A stretch of DNA of 63,188 nucleotides, the filler included. It is 5 parts of 5 records of this genome, joined end to end, with 100 filler letters (N's around TTAATTAATTAA, not from the genome) between each part and the next. Parts side by side here need not be neighbours in the genome. Positions count along the whole stretch, not along the records: positions 37,673 to 55,491 come from DRR378314_1405; positions 55,592 to 63,188 come from DRR378314_1419; 3 more parts are not named here. One strand, given 5' to 3'. A program made the translations under genes and the position numbers. The notes beneath the pieces are model-generated. The model did not search any database and had not been told where the DNA came from. It worked only from the letters and a program-made list of their open reading frames with translations. Positions 53,638 to 63,188 of the stretch are shown here, in pieces; the stretch's first letter is position 1, and each line of letters opens with the position of its first letter.

Positions 53638-54366
53638 TTATTGTTTTTTCAAATCATTAAAAAATGAAGCATCATTTTCAAAAGCTGTTCCAATTACTAC
53701 TATATCTGCACCTGCATTGAAAGCGATTTCTAATTGTTCTTTTGAACGAATTCCTCCACCTACAATTAATGGAATAGATAAGTTTTCAGAAACTTCTTTT
53801 ATGATTTTTTGGCTGACTGCCTCAAAAGCACCTGATCCAGCTTCAAGATAAATGATTTTTTTGCCAGAAAACTTACCTGCTAATGCAGTATTTACAATTA
53901 GTTCGACTTCATTTTGAGAAATTGGTTTTGTATTACTAACTCGTTGTACTGCGGTTTCTTTTTTTCCGTCGATTAGTATATAACCAGTTGGAATAATTTC
54001 TAGTTTCGAAGTCTTTAATAAAGGTACAGATTTTACGTGTTGTTCAATTAAATATTCAGGATTCCTACCTGAAAGCAAACTTAAAAATAAGATCCCGTCT
54101 GCTTTATTTGTAATTTGATTAACATCACCTGGGAATAAAATTATTGGTAATTGGGTGGCTTCTTTAATTGCTAAAACAACTTCTTCTGTAAGATTATTTT
54201 CATCTGTACTTCCTCCTACAAATATATGTGTGGCAATTGATTGATGTACTTTTTCAAAAAATGAAAAAATGTTTTGAATCTCCATTTTTTCTGGGTCAAT
54301 TAATACAGCTAACAATTTTTTACCTTGTTGTTTTGCTAATAAAATGTTTTGATAAAATTCTTTCAT
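53638..54366 (-). CDS. Geranylgeranylglyceryl/heptaprenylglyceryl phosphate synthase (GGGPS/PcrB family, group II-like)
   Basis: LIDPEK, FVGGS, ILFPG, LSLLSGRNPEYLI, PTGYILIDG, YLEAGSGA, IVGGGIR. Confidence 0.92.
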   Translation of the reverse strand: MKEFYQNILLAKQQGKKLLAVLIDPEKMEIQNIFSFFEKVHQSIATHIFVGGSTDENNLTEEVVLAIKEATQLPIILFPGDVNQITNKADGILFLSLLSGRNPEYLIEQHVKSVPLLKTSKLEIIPTGYILIDGKKETAVQRVSNTKPISQNEVELIVNTALAGKFSGKKIIYLEAGSGAFEAVSQKIIKEVSENLSIPLIVGGGIRSKEQLEIAFNAGADIVVIGTAFENDASFFNDLKKQ

Positions 54367-54369
54367 AAA

Positions 54370-54999
54370 TTAATTGAAAGCATACACGCAAGTAAACCCT
54401 TCAAATTCTAAAAAGTAAACATGATATGAGTTTTTTTCACCATCATAATTTATAGTTCCAGTAGTTTCTCCAGAATCAAATTTGAAATCTTCGATGTAAA
54501 TATTTTCTAAAAAACGTAATTTTTTCTTTCCATAGATTTTATATAAAGATTCTTTAGCTCCCCATACTATGGTTAATTTACTAATTAAAGCACTATGATT
54601 TGCAATGGTTTTATATTCTTGAAAGGGTGTAAATTTATGAGCAATTTTAAGAATTTTATCTCGTTGCATTTCAATATCTATTCCAACCGGAATTTCATTA
54701 GAAACAATTATTCCAGAGAAGGTAAAAGAATGAGTTATTGAAATGTGTTTGCCATTTTTTAAATGTGGTTTTCCAAATTCATCATAAAACAAATCAGAAT
54801 CATTCAAATTTACTTCTTTTAAAAGATGTCTAACACTCAAAAAGCCACGTTGATGTAATTCAGATTTCATGTTATCAACTCTATTTTGACTATTTTCTGT
54901 TAAATCAATCCCAATAGAAAGTTCTTCAAAAGATTCTGAAATCTTCCAAATCAATACTTTAGTGTTTTTATTAACATTTATCGTCTTGTAAAGAGGCAT
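54370..54999 (-). CDS. 4'-phosphopantetheinyl transferase superfamily (Sfp-like) protein
   Basis: YDEFGKPHL, ISITHS, VGIDIE, WGAKESLYK. Confidence 0.92.
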   Translation of the reverse strand: MPLYKTINVNKNTKVLIWKISESFEELSIGIDLTENSQNRVDNMKSELHQRGFLSVRHLLKEVNLNDSDLFYDEFGKPHLKNGKHISITHSFTFSGIIVSNEIPVGIDIEMQRDKILKIAHKFTPFQEYKTIANHSALISKLTIVWGAKESLYKIYGKKKLRFLENIYIEDFKFDSGETTGTINYDGEKNSYHVYFLEFEGFTCVYAFN

Positions 55000-55019
55000 A
55001 TTTTTTAAAAGTTATTCCG

Positions 55020-55027
55020 TAACTTTG
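55020..55027 (+). promoter_or_regulatory. Bacteroidota -7 promoter element upstream of ahcY
   Basis: TAACTTTG(CA) matches TAnnTTTG, 41 nt before the ATG. Confidence 0.7.
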
Positions 55028-55068
55028 CAGCTCGAAATTTTGATATAAAAACAAAGATACAAATAAAT

Positions 55069-55491
55069 ATGAGCACAAATACAGCTACATACGTACCGTT
55101 TAAAGTTAAAGATATTTCTTTAGCAGACTGGGGAAGAAAAGAAATTGAATTGGCAGAAGCAGAAATGCCAGGATTAATGTCTTTAAGAGAAGAATATAAA
55201 GAAAGTCAACCGTTAAAAGGAGCAAGAATTGCAGGATGTTTACATATGACAATTCAAACTGCTGTTTTAATTGAAACTTTACAAGCTTTAGGAGCTCAGG
55301 TTACTTGGAGTTCTTGTAATATTTTTTCTACACAAGATCAAGCAGCTGCTGCAATTGCAGGTGCAGGAACTGCAGTGTACGCATGGAAAGATATGACTGA
55401 AGAAGAATTTGACTGGTGTATTGAGCAAACTTTATTCTTTGGAGAAGACAAGCAACCATTAAACATGATTTTAGATGATGGTGGAGATTTA
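55069..55491 (+). CDS. ahcY: Adenosylhomocysteinase, 3' partial
   Basis: [45 protein letters not shown]. Confidence 0.97.
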
Positions 55492-55591
55492 NNNNNNNNN
55501 NNNNNNNNNNNNNNNNNNNNNNNNNNNNNNNNNNNTTAATTAATTAANNNNNNNNNNNNNNNNNNNNNNNNNNNNNNNNNNNNNNNNNNNN
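55492..55591. other. Artificial contig spacer
   Basis: N44-TTAATTAATTAA-N44. Confidence 0.99.
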
Positions 55592-56064
55592 CGGCGCGAG
55601 AAATTTCCAGCACCAGAACGGAGGGGTACGGTGGTAGGGTTGCGGGAGAATATGCAGGGGTCAAATCCATACATACATGGTTCCGAGAAATATATAACAG
55701 GGCCCACTCGGCCAGAAAAGATGACCGTACTTTTCAGGATCACTTCTAAAGTACAGTCTCTCGTTTGGGTTTTTCCCAAATTTGACATTACGCCTTACCC
55801 GCGAGGATGACAGGAAGCCCCTGTGCCAGAGCGCGAAATAAGTGCGTCGGTGCTGTTTATCAGCGCTGATTTGCACGGTTGAGGACCGCCCTCGGTGCAT
55901 CATTCCAGCCCGAGTTGGACGGTACAGCGGCATTCTTAGCGGTAGGCACCAACAATTTCCCAATTTTACTAAAAGATCCACCAACCGGGTCTTTTCTGAC
56001 AGTAGGCTGATGTAAAGCTCCAGCGATTGCGCTGTGCCGGCTCAAGCCGCTCCTTCTCGAGAAA

Positions 56065-56588
56065 ATGGGAGGTCGCTCGGCGTCTTGCCAGCGGCTGCGG
56101 GAACGCTTGATTACGTGCATAGCAGAATCCGAATGCGTTCAATCGGGGAGAGGAACGATCAATTCATGCCTTCGTAACCAAGATCTTCCGGAGCCATGCC
56201 TGGTACGCGCTGGTGGCAAAGCGGCACGCAAGCGCAACTGCGCCGTCCTCTGCCTGCGTGTTGCAAGCAGGTGTGCCTATGCGCTCTATTCTCATGTGCA
56301 CTCGCCCACCCGGCCCCGCCGCCAATTGTATTCTTTGCATGTACGCAGAAACTGCGGAAGTTGCTCACCGAATGTAAAATGGGCAAGGTGCGTCGTATTT
56401 GAGTCCGGGAGGCGCTCGGCGCCTGTGCTACGCGATGGCGACAAGGCGTGCGCGCCCGCCTGCAGTCTGATTCGCTGGCTCGCGCTGCCGTCGACTGCTT
56501 GTGCTCTGCGCTGCAGGTCAATATGCGGACACGTATTCGCGGCAATCGCCTTGAGAACTACCAAGGTGATGGAAACGAAGAGAACTAA
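56065..56588 (+). CDS. COA5: Cytochrome c oxidase assembly factor COA5/Pet191 (twin CX9C), 3 exons, 82 aa
   Basis: join(56065..56202,56349..56387,56517..56588), phase-0 GT-AG introns. Product SCQRLRERLITCIAESECV..SCL..DLPEPCL|KLRKLLTECKMGK|VNMRTRIRGN has the Pet191 cysteine spacing and the M..R..GN tail. Confidence 0.85.
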
Positions 56589-57113
56589 GTGCGCGGCGAA
56601 GGGGTGGAACGCGGCGTTCAGCATCGCATTTACGCGCGCGGCGCGTCCACCCCACAGCGGCCACCTCGAGCACCGCAGAAGCGGCGAGTTGCCGACGCGC
56701 GCGGCGGAGTGCAGGCCGCACTAGCACGACGTATCCACCGCGGCTTGTTGCGCCAGTACATTTATGCTCTGGACATGCACTACTATTATGGAATGCTGGG
56801 CACATCTTGATTTTTGGTTCTCCTTATTGCAATACAAGTGCAAGCCGAGGAAAAGAGCAGTGCTGCTGCGCAGCACCGACGCAAGGTCGCTCGCAAGCGT
56901 CTCCTTGCCGCAACACGTGCAAAACCGCCTCGATTCCCATCACCCAACTCGGCGAGACGTAATCGGCGCATCACATTACGTTTATAAATTTACTTCTCAC
57001 ATAGCACTATGTGGCAAACGAGCGACAGGTATAGCACAGGGCATATGATGCAACTCCCTGATAGGAGCGTGTCGCTCGTACGAGGCGCCGCGCTGTAATG
57101 TCACGCGCAGCGA

Positions 57114-57818
57114 CTACTTCGCGACCAGCCTTTCGACGCGCGTCTGAAAATCTCCAAGGTAGGCAAGGAATTCGTCGTCGTCCCGCGGAACTGGTGGTGC
57201 GTCTTCACCGAATCTCTCCGCTGCGCCGGGAAGTGCGCGCGTCGCTGCGAGCAGCGCGTGCACGTCGGGCACACCCTCAGGCGCCGCCCGCTCGCGCGCC
57301 TCACCGGCAACGCGCTCGCGCTCGCGCCGCGCCTCCTGCAACTCTAGCTCCAGGCGCGCAACCTCGTCCCGGAGTTTTCGTTCCCGTTCCAGTGCGGCCT
57401 GATCCCTCCATCCGTAATGCAAGAATCACGATGAACGCGGGGCACCCGGTCAGTCTCGCGAGAAGGAGAAAGCGGGTGGCCGGCTAGCGCGTAGAGAGGT
57501 CAAGACGCCCAGCAAGTGTAGCGCTATGCAGGCGCGGTGACCAGAGGCAGCGCGGCGAGCCGCGCGCTGTGCATTCACCGCCCAGCCGGACAGACGCACC
57601 TCGAGCTCGCGCTCCGCGTCCACACGACGCACACGCTCATCTTCCGCATCGCGCCGGAGTCGCTCCTTTTCATGCTCATCGTGCAGCTGCGCGAGGCGCG
57701 GTGAGGCCGTAGCGCGGAGCGGCGAGTCTAGCATCGACGCGTGCAGCGAGCGCTCCAGCTGCACGCGGCCGCGCGAAGCACCTCCGGCGCCAAGCGGACT
57801 CGACGAAGCCGATGCCAT
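57114..57818 (-). CDS. Hypothetical coiled-coil protein, 2 exons, about 167 aa
   Basis: Exons 57818-57600 and 57398-57114 with a GTGCGT donor and CAG acceptor in phase 0. E/R-rich heptads continue across the junction. Confidence 0.6.
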
Positions 57819-60682
57819 CACAACGCACCGCCGTTGATTTCAATAGCACCCACTCGAACGAAATCGAACCGTCCAGTGGGTAAAATGTTTCCACGCACGA
57901 TTCTATCTGGAGCAGTGACAGCGAGTGCGCGGGAGCTGCGGCACGACAAATACGAAGCGACGGGCGATCAGAGGCATACTGGGCCGCTAGACGGCCATGA
58001 CGCGCGAAAACCATGCAATCAATTTACCGTAGAGAAGTCGATTGTATTCTAACGAAAGAAATGTAGGAAATATTACCAAAATGTGGCAAAAAATACAGCC
58101 GATGCGTTGAATTTCGCGAGTATTGCTGACGCACCGGGGCCAACACGATACCAAACGTGAACATGCAAGTGGCAGCTGGCAACAGGTACTCTCCTGAAGT
58201 CGCGTATCCTCCGAGAAGCAGGTACTCAGTACATTCTCCAAGCTATCAATGGGTGATGATTGTCTCACATGGCCCCAGGCCAGGCAGGAAAAATAGGAAC
58301 AACTACCCCCGGTCTCGGCGGCGAACACATGCATGAACAGATATACGAGTGTAGCCCCCGCAGCTCGTACGCGGTCCTATTGCACAGCACAGTTCCGCAA
58401 CATCAACAAAATATCGTGCCTCCCATTAAAATCAACTACATCCACGATGCTATTCTACAAGAAACATCTCAAGCGGGAAGTCCACCGGTATTGAACACAG
58501 CGCGTGCGCAACTTTCTCCGTGCGCTTTGCGCGGTGAACCCGCTTGAAGAAATTGCGCGCGGTCGCGTCAATTTGTACGACTCACTGGGCCAGGCTGCAT
58601 CTGTAACTGAAACCTACTGTATGTGCACCAACACAGACTGGTGAATGTACCCAAGGTGTGTCTAGCCAAGCCAAATACGTCATTCCAGCAGCGCTTGATT
58701 AGGTTCGCGAATTACGAAGGGAACGATGCTCACGAGAGCAGAGCGGCCGTCGCGCAGTATCGCGCCGCAAACTTGAGAACGTCCCGCACAAACAGGCGAG
58801 TAGAAAGGCTGCGGCATTCTATCAACTACAGCCACAACGATGGCGTTGCCCCATCGCGAGATGCGCCTGCACGGAGTTCCACACAATACACAACCTACTG
58901 TAATCCTTAGAAATGCGACGTCGCCAAGCGGCGTTCTGCTCGCCGCAAACCAATGCAATGTCACGCGCGAACTTGGCACAACGGAATCTGCGGGAGTCGC
59001 TGAAAGCGTTCGAGAGCGCTTCACAGCAATTCCAGCAATGCAACTCCGCGCCCCACAGAACAACGATCTATGTAAAATCACAGTCACTTCACACCAAAGA
59101 CATGCATCTCTAAGCAATGTCAGAAGGATACCTTCTGGTTCGTGTGCGCCCGCACGGGAGCATAAGATCTGCAGAGTTTGCACCTGCGGTTCCTCTGGCG
59201 CCGCGGCAAGACCGAGACACAGAGCATTGGCGCGACGAGGTGTGAGGGTTGTACTTCACCACCCTATTGTAAGTGTATTCAATTGTAGGTGAAGAGACTA
59301 TATCGTAAATCCAAACCAGGCCTGATGGAGCGGTCTTGTATCAGCTGCGAGCGAAGGCGCGCTCGAACTCACGAATTGCCGACGCTTTCTCGCGCGCGTT
59401 TCGGGGTAGAGGTGCGCTTCGGGCACGCCGTCTCTGATTCTTATCAGGTTCTTTCTTGCGAGTGCTCAACAGTAGAGACATGTACACGCACCGCCAGGGT
59501 GGGCTGGCGGCGTACTCGCGGCGCAGCGCTGCACAGCGCTGAACGCCTGCCTTGCGGCTCGGTTGCCAGTGAAGCCCCGCTGTATTTCTCTGTTGCTGTA
59601 AGACGTCGCGTGCTGGTCGACAGCCGGCGTTCAAGAGCAACCTGCAAGTAATAGCAGTGGGGCGCCGATCTCTTCGCTCGCTTGGTGCATCACATACATC
59701 AGTATTAAAATTCATACATATTTGTAAATCGCCCCCTGGATCGCTGAAGTTACTCATAGGTCGTTTTGTTTTTGGGTGCCGAATCGACGAGCCCGACGTT
59801 TGGTGTGGCGTGTGCTCCGTTCTTGGTAACAAGGCCCCTTGCCCCTGGCTGGAACGCGTTGGCGGCGCCGCGCTTGCCGTCTGACTGGTAGCGTTCCCAC
59901 AGGAGCTCTGTTATTTCTCAAAGACTTGAGATTTATTGTGTAATTGCTGTATTCCACACGGACTCAGTTATGCGTACTCTACTGCTGCGCTTCCTTGGGT
60001 TGAAGAGGCAGCGCCCACCCAATCCACGTCGGCAAGGGCCGCAGGCGCGCGTCGTCTGGAGCGCATTGAGAGAGCATCCGCGCTTGCCCGTTCTCTGTTC
60101 CAAGCTTTTTTTGCGGCACCATCAATTGTACTTACACCATAGAAAGATATACTTGAATTTTGGAAGGATAAGCGAAGGCTTGATGGTCGAGCTCCACACA
60201 GTTGCGCGCAAGGGCACAATACGCAGCGTGTCGTCTCCAAGTACCACAAAGGGCACCCGATTCGGCTAGTACGCTCGCGTCTGGCGTCTTCTTTTGGGAC
60301 GCCCGTGGGCCCGTCATACCAGCGCGCGCAGAGCATGACGCTATCGACATGAGAAGCGAGGAGGAAAATGACCATTGTGTATCAGTTTGCTGCACGCCGG
60401 GGCGCGGTGGTACGCCCAGAAGGGCCAGTGGAGTCGAGTTGCCCCGCCGCTGTGGCACTTTTGCCGTTGGCCACTGCTCAGCGCTCGCGCGCCCCTCTTT
60501 CCGAGGTTCATATTGCCCCACCTGCTCTCGGAATGTTTTTTGGATTCTTATACAAATCACTTGCATTTCTCGTATGTATATCACGTGTTGCAGAAAGTAC
60601 GTTCTGCCTTCTGTGGTTCCTCTCATCGCGGTGAACGAGGCAGTGCGCAGTTGAAACCGCGAACACGCGACCAATACCGACG

Positions 60683-62288
60683 ATGTACCGCGTAGCTTCG
60701 CACGACTCCATCGTCCCGCAGTCGACGGCGAGACTCAGCGCCCTTGTTTCCTCAGCGTTGGATGATAGCGATGGAACGTTCAATGCCTTTCGAGAACCCA
60801 TCGATTCGGCGGACCGCGCCCATTTTCAAGATTCCGTTGAAGATACTGTGGAAAAGGCCATCAAGGTCCAAGGGAGCTCGCGCACTCTCACCGCTTCGCA
60901 AGAGTATGTTTGCGTGCTTGTGGGGCATAAACGGCGTTTCTGTTCCGCGAAAGAAAATTTGATTGCATCTCTCTTCTTATTACAGAGATAATGAATACTG
61001 TGCTTGCGTGACGTGAAGCTGAGACAGCCCGAAAAGGGACCGTGCATACTACACCGCTGCGCCCGCGAGGACGAGCCTTGCCTTCGTCAGCTACGCCTGC
61101 TGATCTCGTGTATGTACACATGGCAGTGGCGCGGTTCTCACAAGAGTGTGCCAATGTATTGTTGTTGTTTTTTCTCTCTTCCCGATCAGGTGCGGTCTCC
61201 GAGTAAAGGCAGCGCTCTTGCATGCCGTTCATGACGGTGTAGAAATGGTGTACAGTGACGGATTCACAAAGTGCTTCGCGCGAAGGCCAAGCCAACCGTG
61301 GAACTGGAACTTTTACCTCATGCCACTGTGGTTGGTGGGCGTAGTTGTCCGCTACTGCATCCTCTTCCCCATTCGATTGGCGCTTCTTGTTGGCGGGTGC
61401 TCCATAATCCTTCCGACATTTTTCTTGCTAGGGTTGATGCTCCCGCCATCGCAGAAGCTGATGTTGATTCAGAGCAAGCTCATTTCGGCCATCTGCGGGC
61501 TCTTCGTGCTCTCGTGGACTGCGGTCATCCGGTACCACGGCCATCCACCGCGACGGCGCCCGAACCAGGTATTTGTCGCGAACCACACGTCTATGATCGA
61601 CTACATCATTCTGCAGCAGCACAGACCGTTTGCTTCGGTATCGCAGAGGCACCCGGGGTGGGTGGGGTTCTTGCAGAACCGCGTCCTCTCGGCAGTAGGA
61701 TCGGTCTCCTTCGACCGCAAGCAGACCAAGGACCGCAAACTCGTAGCGCAGCGTCTCCGCGAACACATCAGCAAGGCGGACAACCTCCCGCTGCTCTTAT
61801 TTCCCGAGGGAACATGTGTCAACAACGAGTACTGCGTCATGTTTAAGAAAGGCGCGTTTGAACTGGGTGCCCAGATTATCCCCGTCGCAATCAAGTATAA
61901 CAAAATCTTCGTCGACGCCTTTTGGCACTCGGGCCACGAGACCTTTGCGCAGTATCTGCTGCGCCTGATGACGTCGTGGGCCGTGGTGTGCGACGTGTGG
62001 TACATGGACCCCATGGACCGGCTTCCCGGCGAGAGCGCGGAAGACTTCTCTGCGCGTGTGAAGCGAGCGATCTGCGCGCAGGCAGAGCTGCTTGAAGTGC
62101 CATTCGACGGATACTACAAGTACTTCCGCCCCAGCGAGCGCATGATCAACAACGTGCGGCGCATCATCGCCGCGTCACTGCTGCCGCTCACGAACGTGCA
62201 TGGCCACGCCGCGAGGCCGGCGCGCGGGGCGGAGAGCGCGCGCGCGCCGGCCTCGTCGGTGCGGCAGCGAGGGACGGCACGGCCATAG
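60683..62288 (+). CDS. GPAT9: Glycerol-3-phosphate acyltransferase, GPAT9/GPAT3-4 type
   Basis: Simplest model join(60683..60903,61190..62288). Motifs FTKCF..PWNWNFYL.PLW..GVVVRYCILFP.R, VANHTSMID, FDR, FPEGTCVNN, FKKGAF, PVAIKY. Confidence 0.9.
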
Positions 62289-63188
62289 AGCAGGCGGGTC
62301 GCTGATCGCCACCGCGGCGCATTCCCGAAGACCTCGGGGGGACTGCCGAGTCGGAGCACGCTTGCGCCCCTATGCTGGTGCAGCAAAGCGACATTGCGTG
62401 GATATGCACTGGTCAGGAACAACTGGATTGCACACTGCAACGTGCGGCTCTGCCGGCTCGCTGTCGGAATCGAGCCAATCTTGGCGATTGTGGGGCGTGC
62501 TGCGTCTTGCTCGAGTGTGCTTGCTCAGCGATCCGCATCGCTTCGTTTCCATTGCCCTTTTGTACGGCGGGAAGAGGCCAGCGGCACGCAGTCTTCGCCG
62601 CGTTGCATTGTGCGTGTGTGATAATTTGTTTTAGTTCGATTTGTCAGCTTGAAACGTTGTGAATCTACGATTTGGTTCGCTTACGAGACGGACTGATGGG
62701 GTGAGTACGCTGTGCGATTCACTCCGCTCCGTACCAGTCGTCCTACATTCTGTGACGATCAAAGTGCTTTATTTTATTTTCAGTAATTGGGTGCTCATTA
62801 TACCCCCTTTGCGCTATCTATCGAAATACAAACCAGAGGGGAATGTCGCCTGTCTTCTCCTGAGCTGCTCTGGGAATACGCCCGTCCTCTTTCGCCGCTT
62901 AGCTGAAAAGCAGTCTCTTCTGCACAACCCCCTTTTCCCTGGTGTCATCTTTTCTCTACGTTCGCCACCTCCCCATGAGACGGGCGCCCTACCAACGAGC
63001 ATCGAGGAGCCCAAGCGGCGCGGCAGTCGATGGACCCTGAGCTCGAGTGATGTGCGCGTCCCCTCGATCGGCTCCCCGCTCCCGTGCAACAGAGAAACCT
63101 TCGGCGCTCAATCAACCCGCGAGAACGCGACGCTACCCTTCACACATGCTTGGGAGAGCTGAAATATGCAGCAGCACTTTTCTACAAA

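Noticed and set aside
5284-55591. Bacterial operons next to eukaryotic genes as horizontal transfer; TTAATTAATTAA as a biological repeat or piggyBac target site
   Set aside because: Every transition coincides with an identical N-padded linker, so this is an assembly concatenation artefact.
55592-55990. Minus-strand first exon with a GTAAGG donor near 55797, divergent from COA5
   Set aside because: The reading frame is ambiguous and truncated by the contig edge, with no recognisable product.
1-63188. CRISPR arrays, tRNA/rRNA genes, transposases, retron or other defence systems
   Set aside because: No regularly spaced repeats, RNA gene signatures, or RT, transposase or nuclease motifs were seen by eye. 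Covariance-model searches were not run.

Overview
This window is not one locus. It is five unrelated contigs joined by artificial 100-nt spacers (44 N + TTAATTAATTAA + 44 N). Contig 1 (1-5283) is a gene-poor, probably eukaryotic fragment with one orphan 491-aa ORF. Contig 2 (5384-16126) is Flavobacteriaceae-like. It carries PfpI, a DNA-binding-domain-only ModE, a 10-gene molybdenum cofactor operon (iscS-xdhC-mocA-moaD-moeB-moaE-moaCB-moaA-moeA-tauE) with a clear ModE box, and arsR-DUF6428 with two ArsR boxes. Contig 3 (16227-37572) is from a GC-rich, intron-rich microbial eukaryote. It has NDUFB10, BUD23, a STE11/MEKK kinase, a six-BRCT protein and an intronless subtilisin-PA-SMB-EGF-disintegrin mosaic protein. 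Contig 4 (37673-55491) is a second, AT-rich Flavobacteriaceae. It has actCDEF-coxBA, ruvB-sulP-persulfide dioxygenase-rhodanese-HMA, a TonB receptor under a TPP-like riboswitch, a PPTase-GGGPS-thiamine-binding-pnuC-NadR-like-arfB cluster, and partial ahcY. Contig 5 (55592-63188) is probably the same eukaryote as contig 3, with COA5/Pet191, a coiled-coil orphan and a GPAT9-like gene. Best leads: (i) the TPP-like aptamer has an intact pyrimidine-sensing half but a remodelled pyrophosphate-sensing internal loop, next to a candidate non-canonical thiamine salvage cluster; (ii) an ADAM-like architecture built on a subtilisin rather than a metalloprotease; (iii) a ModE lacking its molybdate sensor, with an intact ModE operator. 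All calls come from reading motifs by eye; no searches were run.
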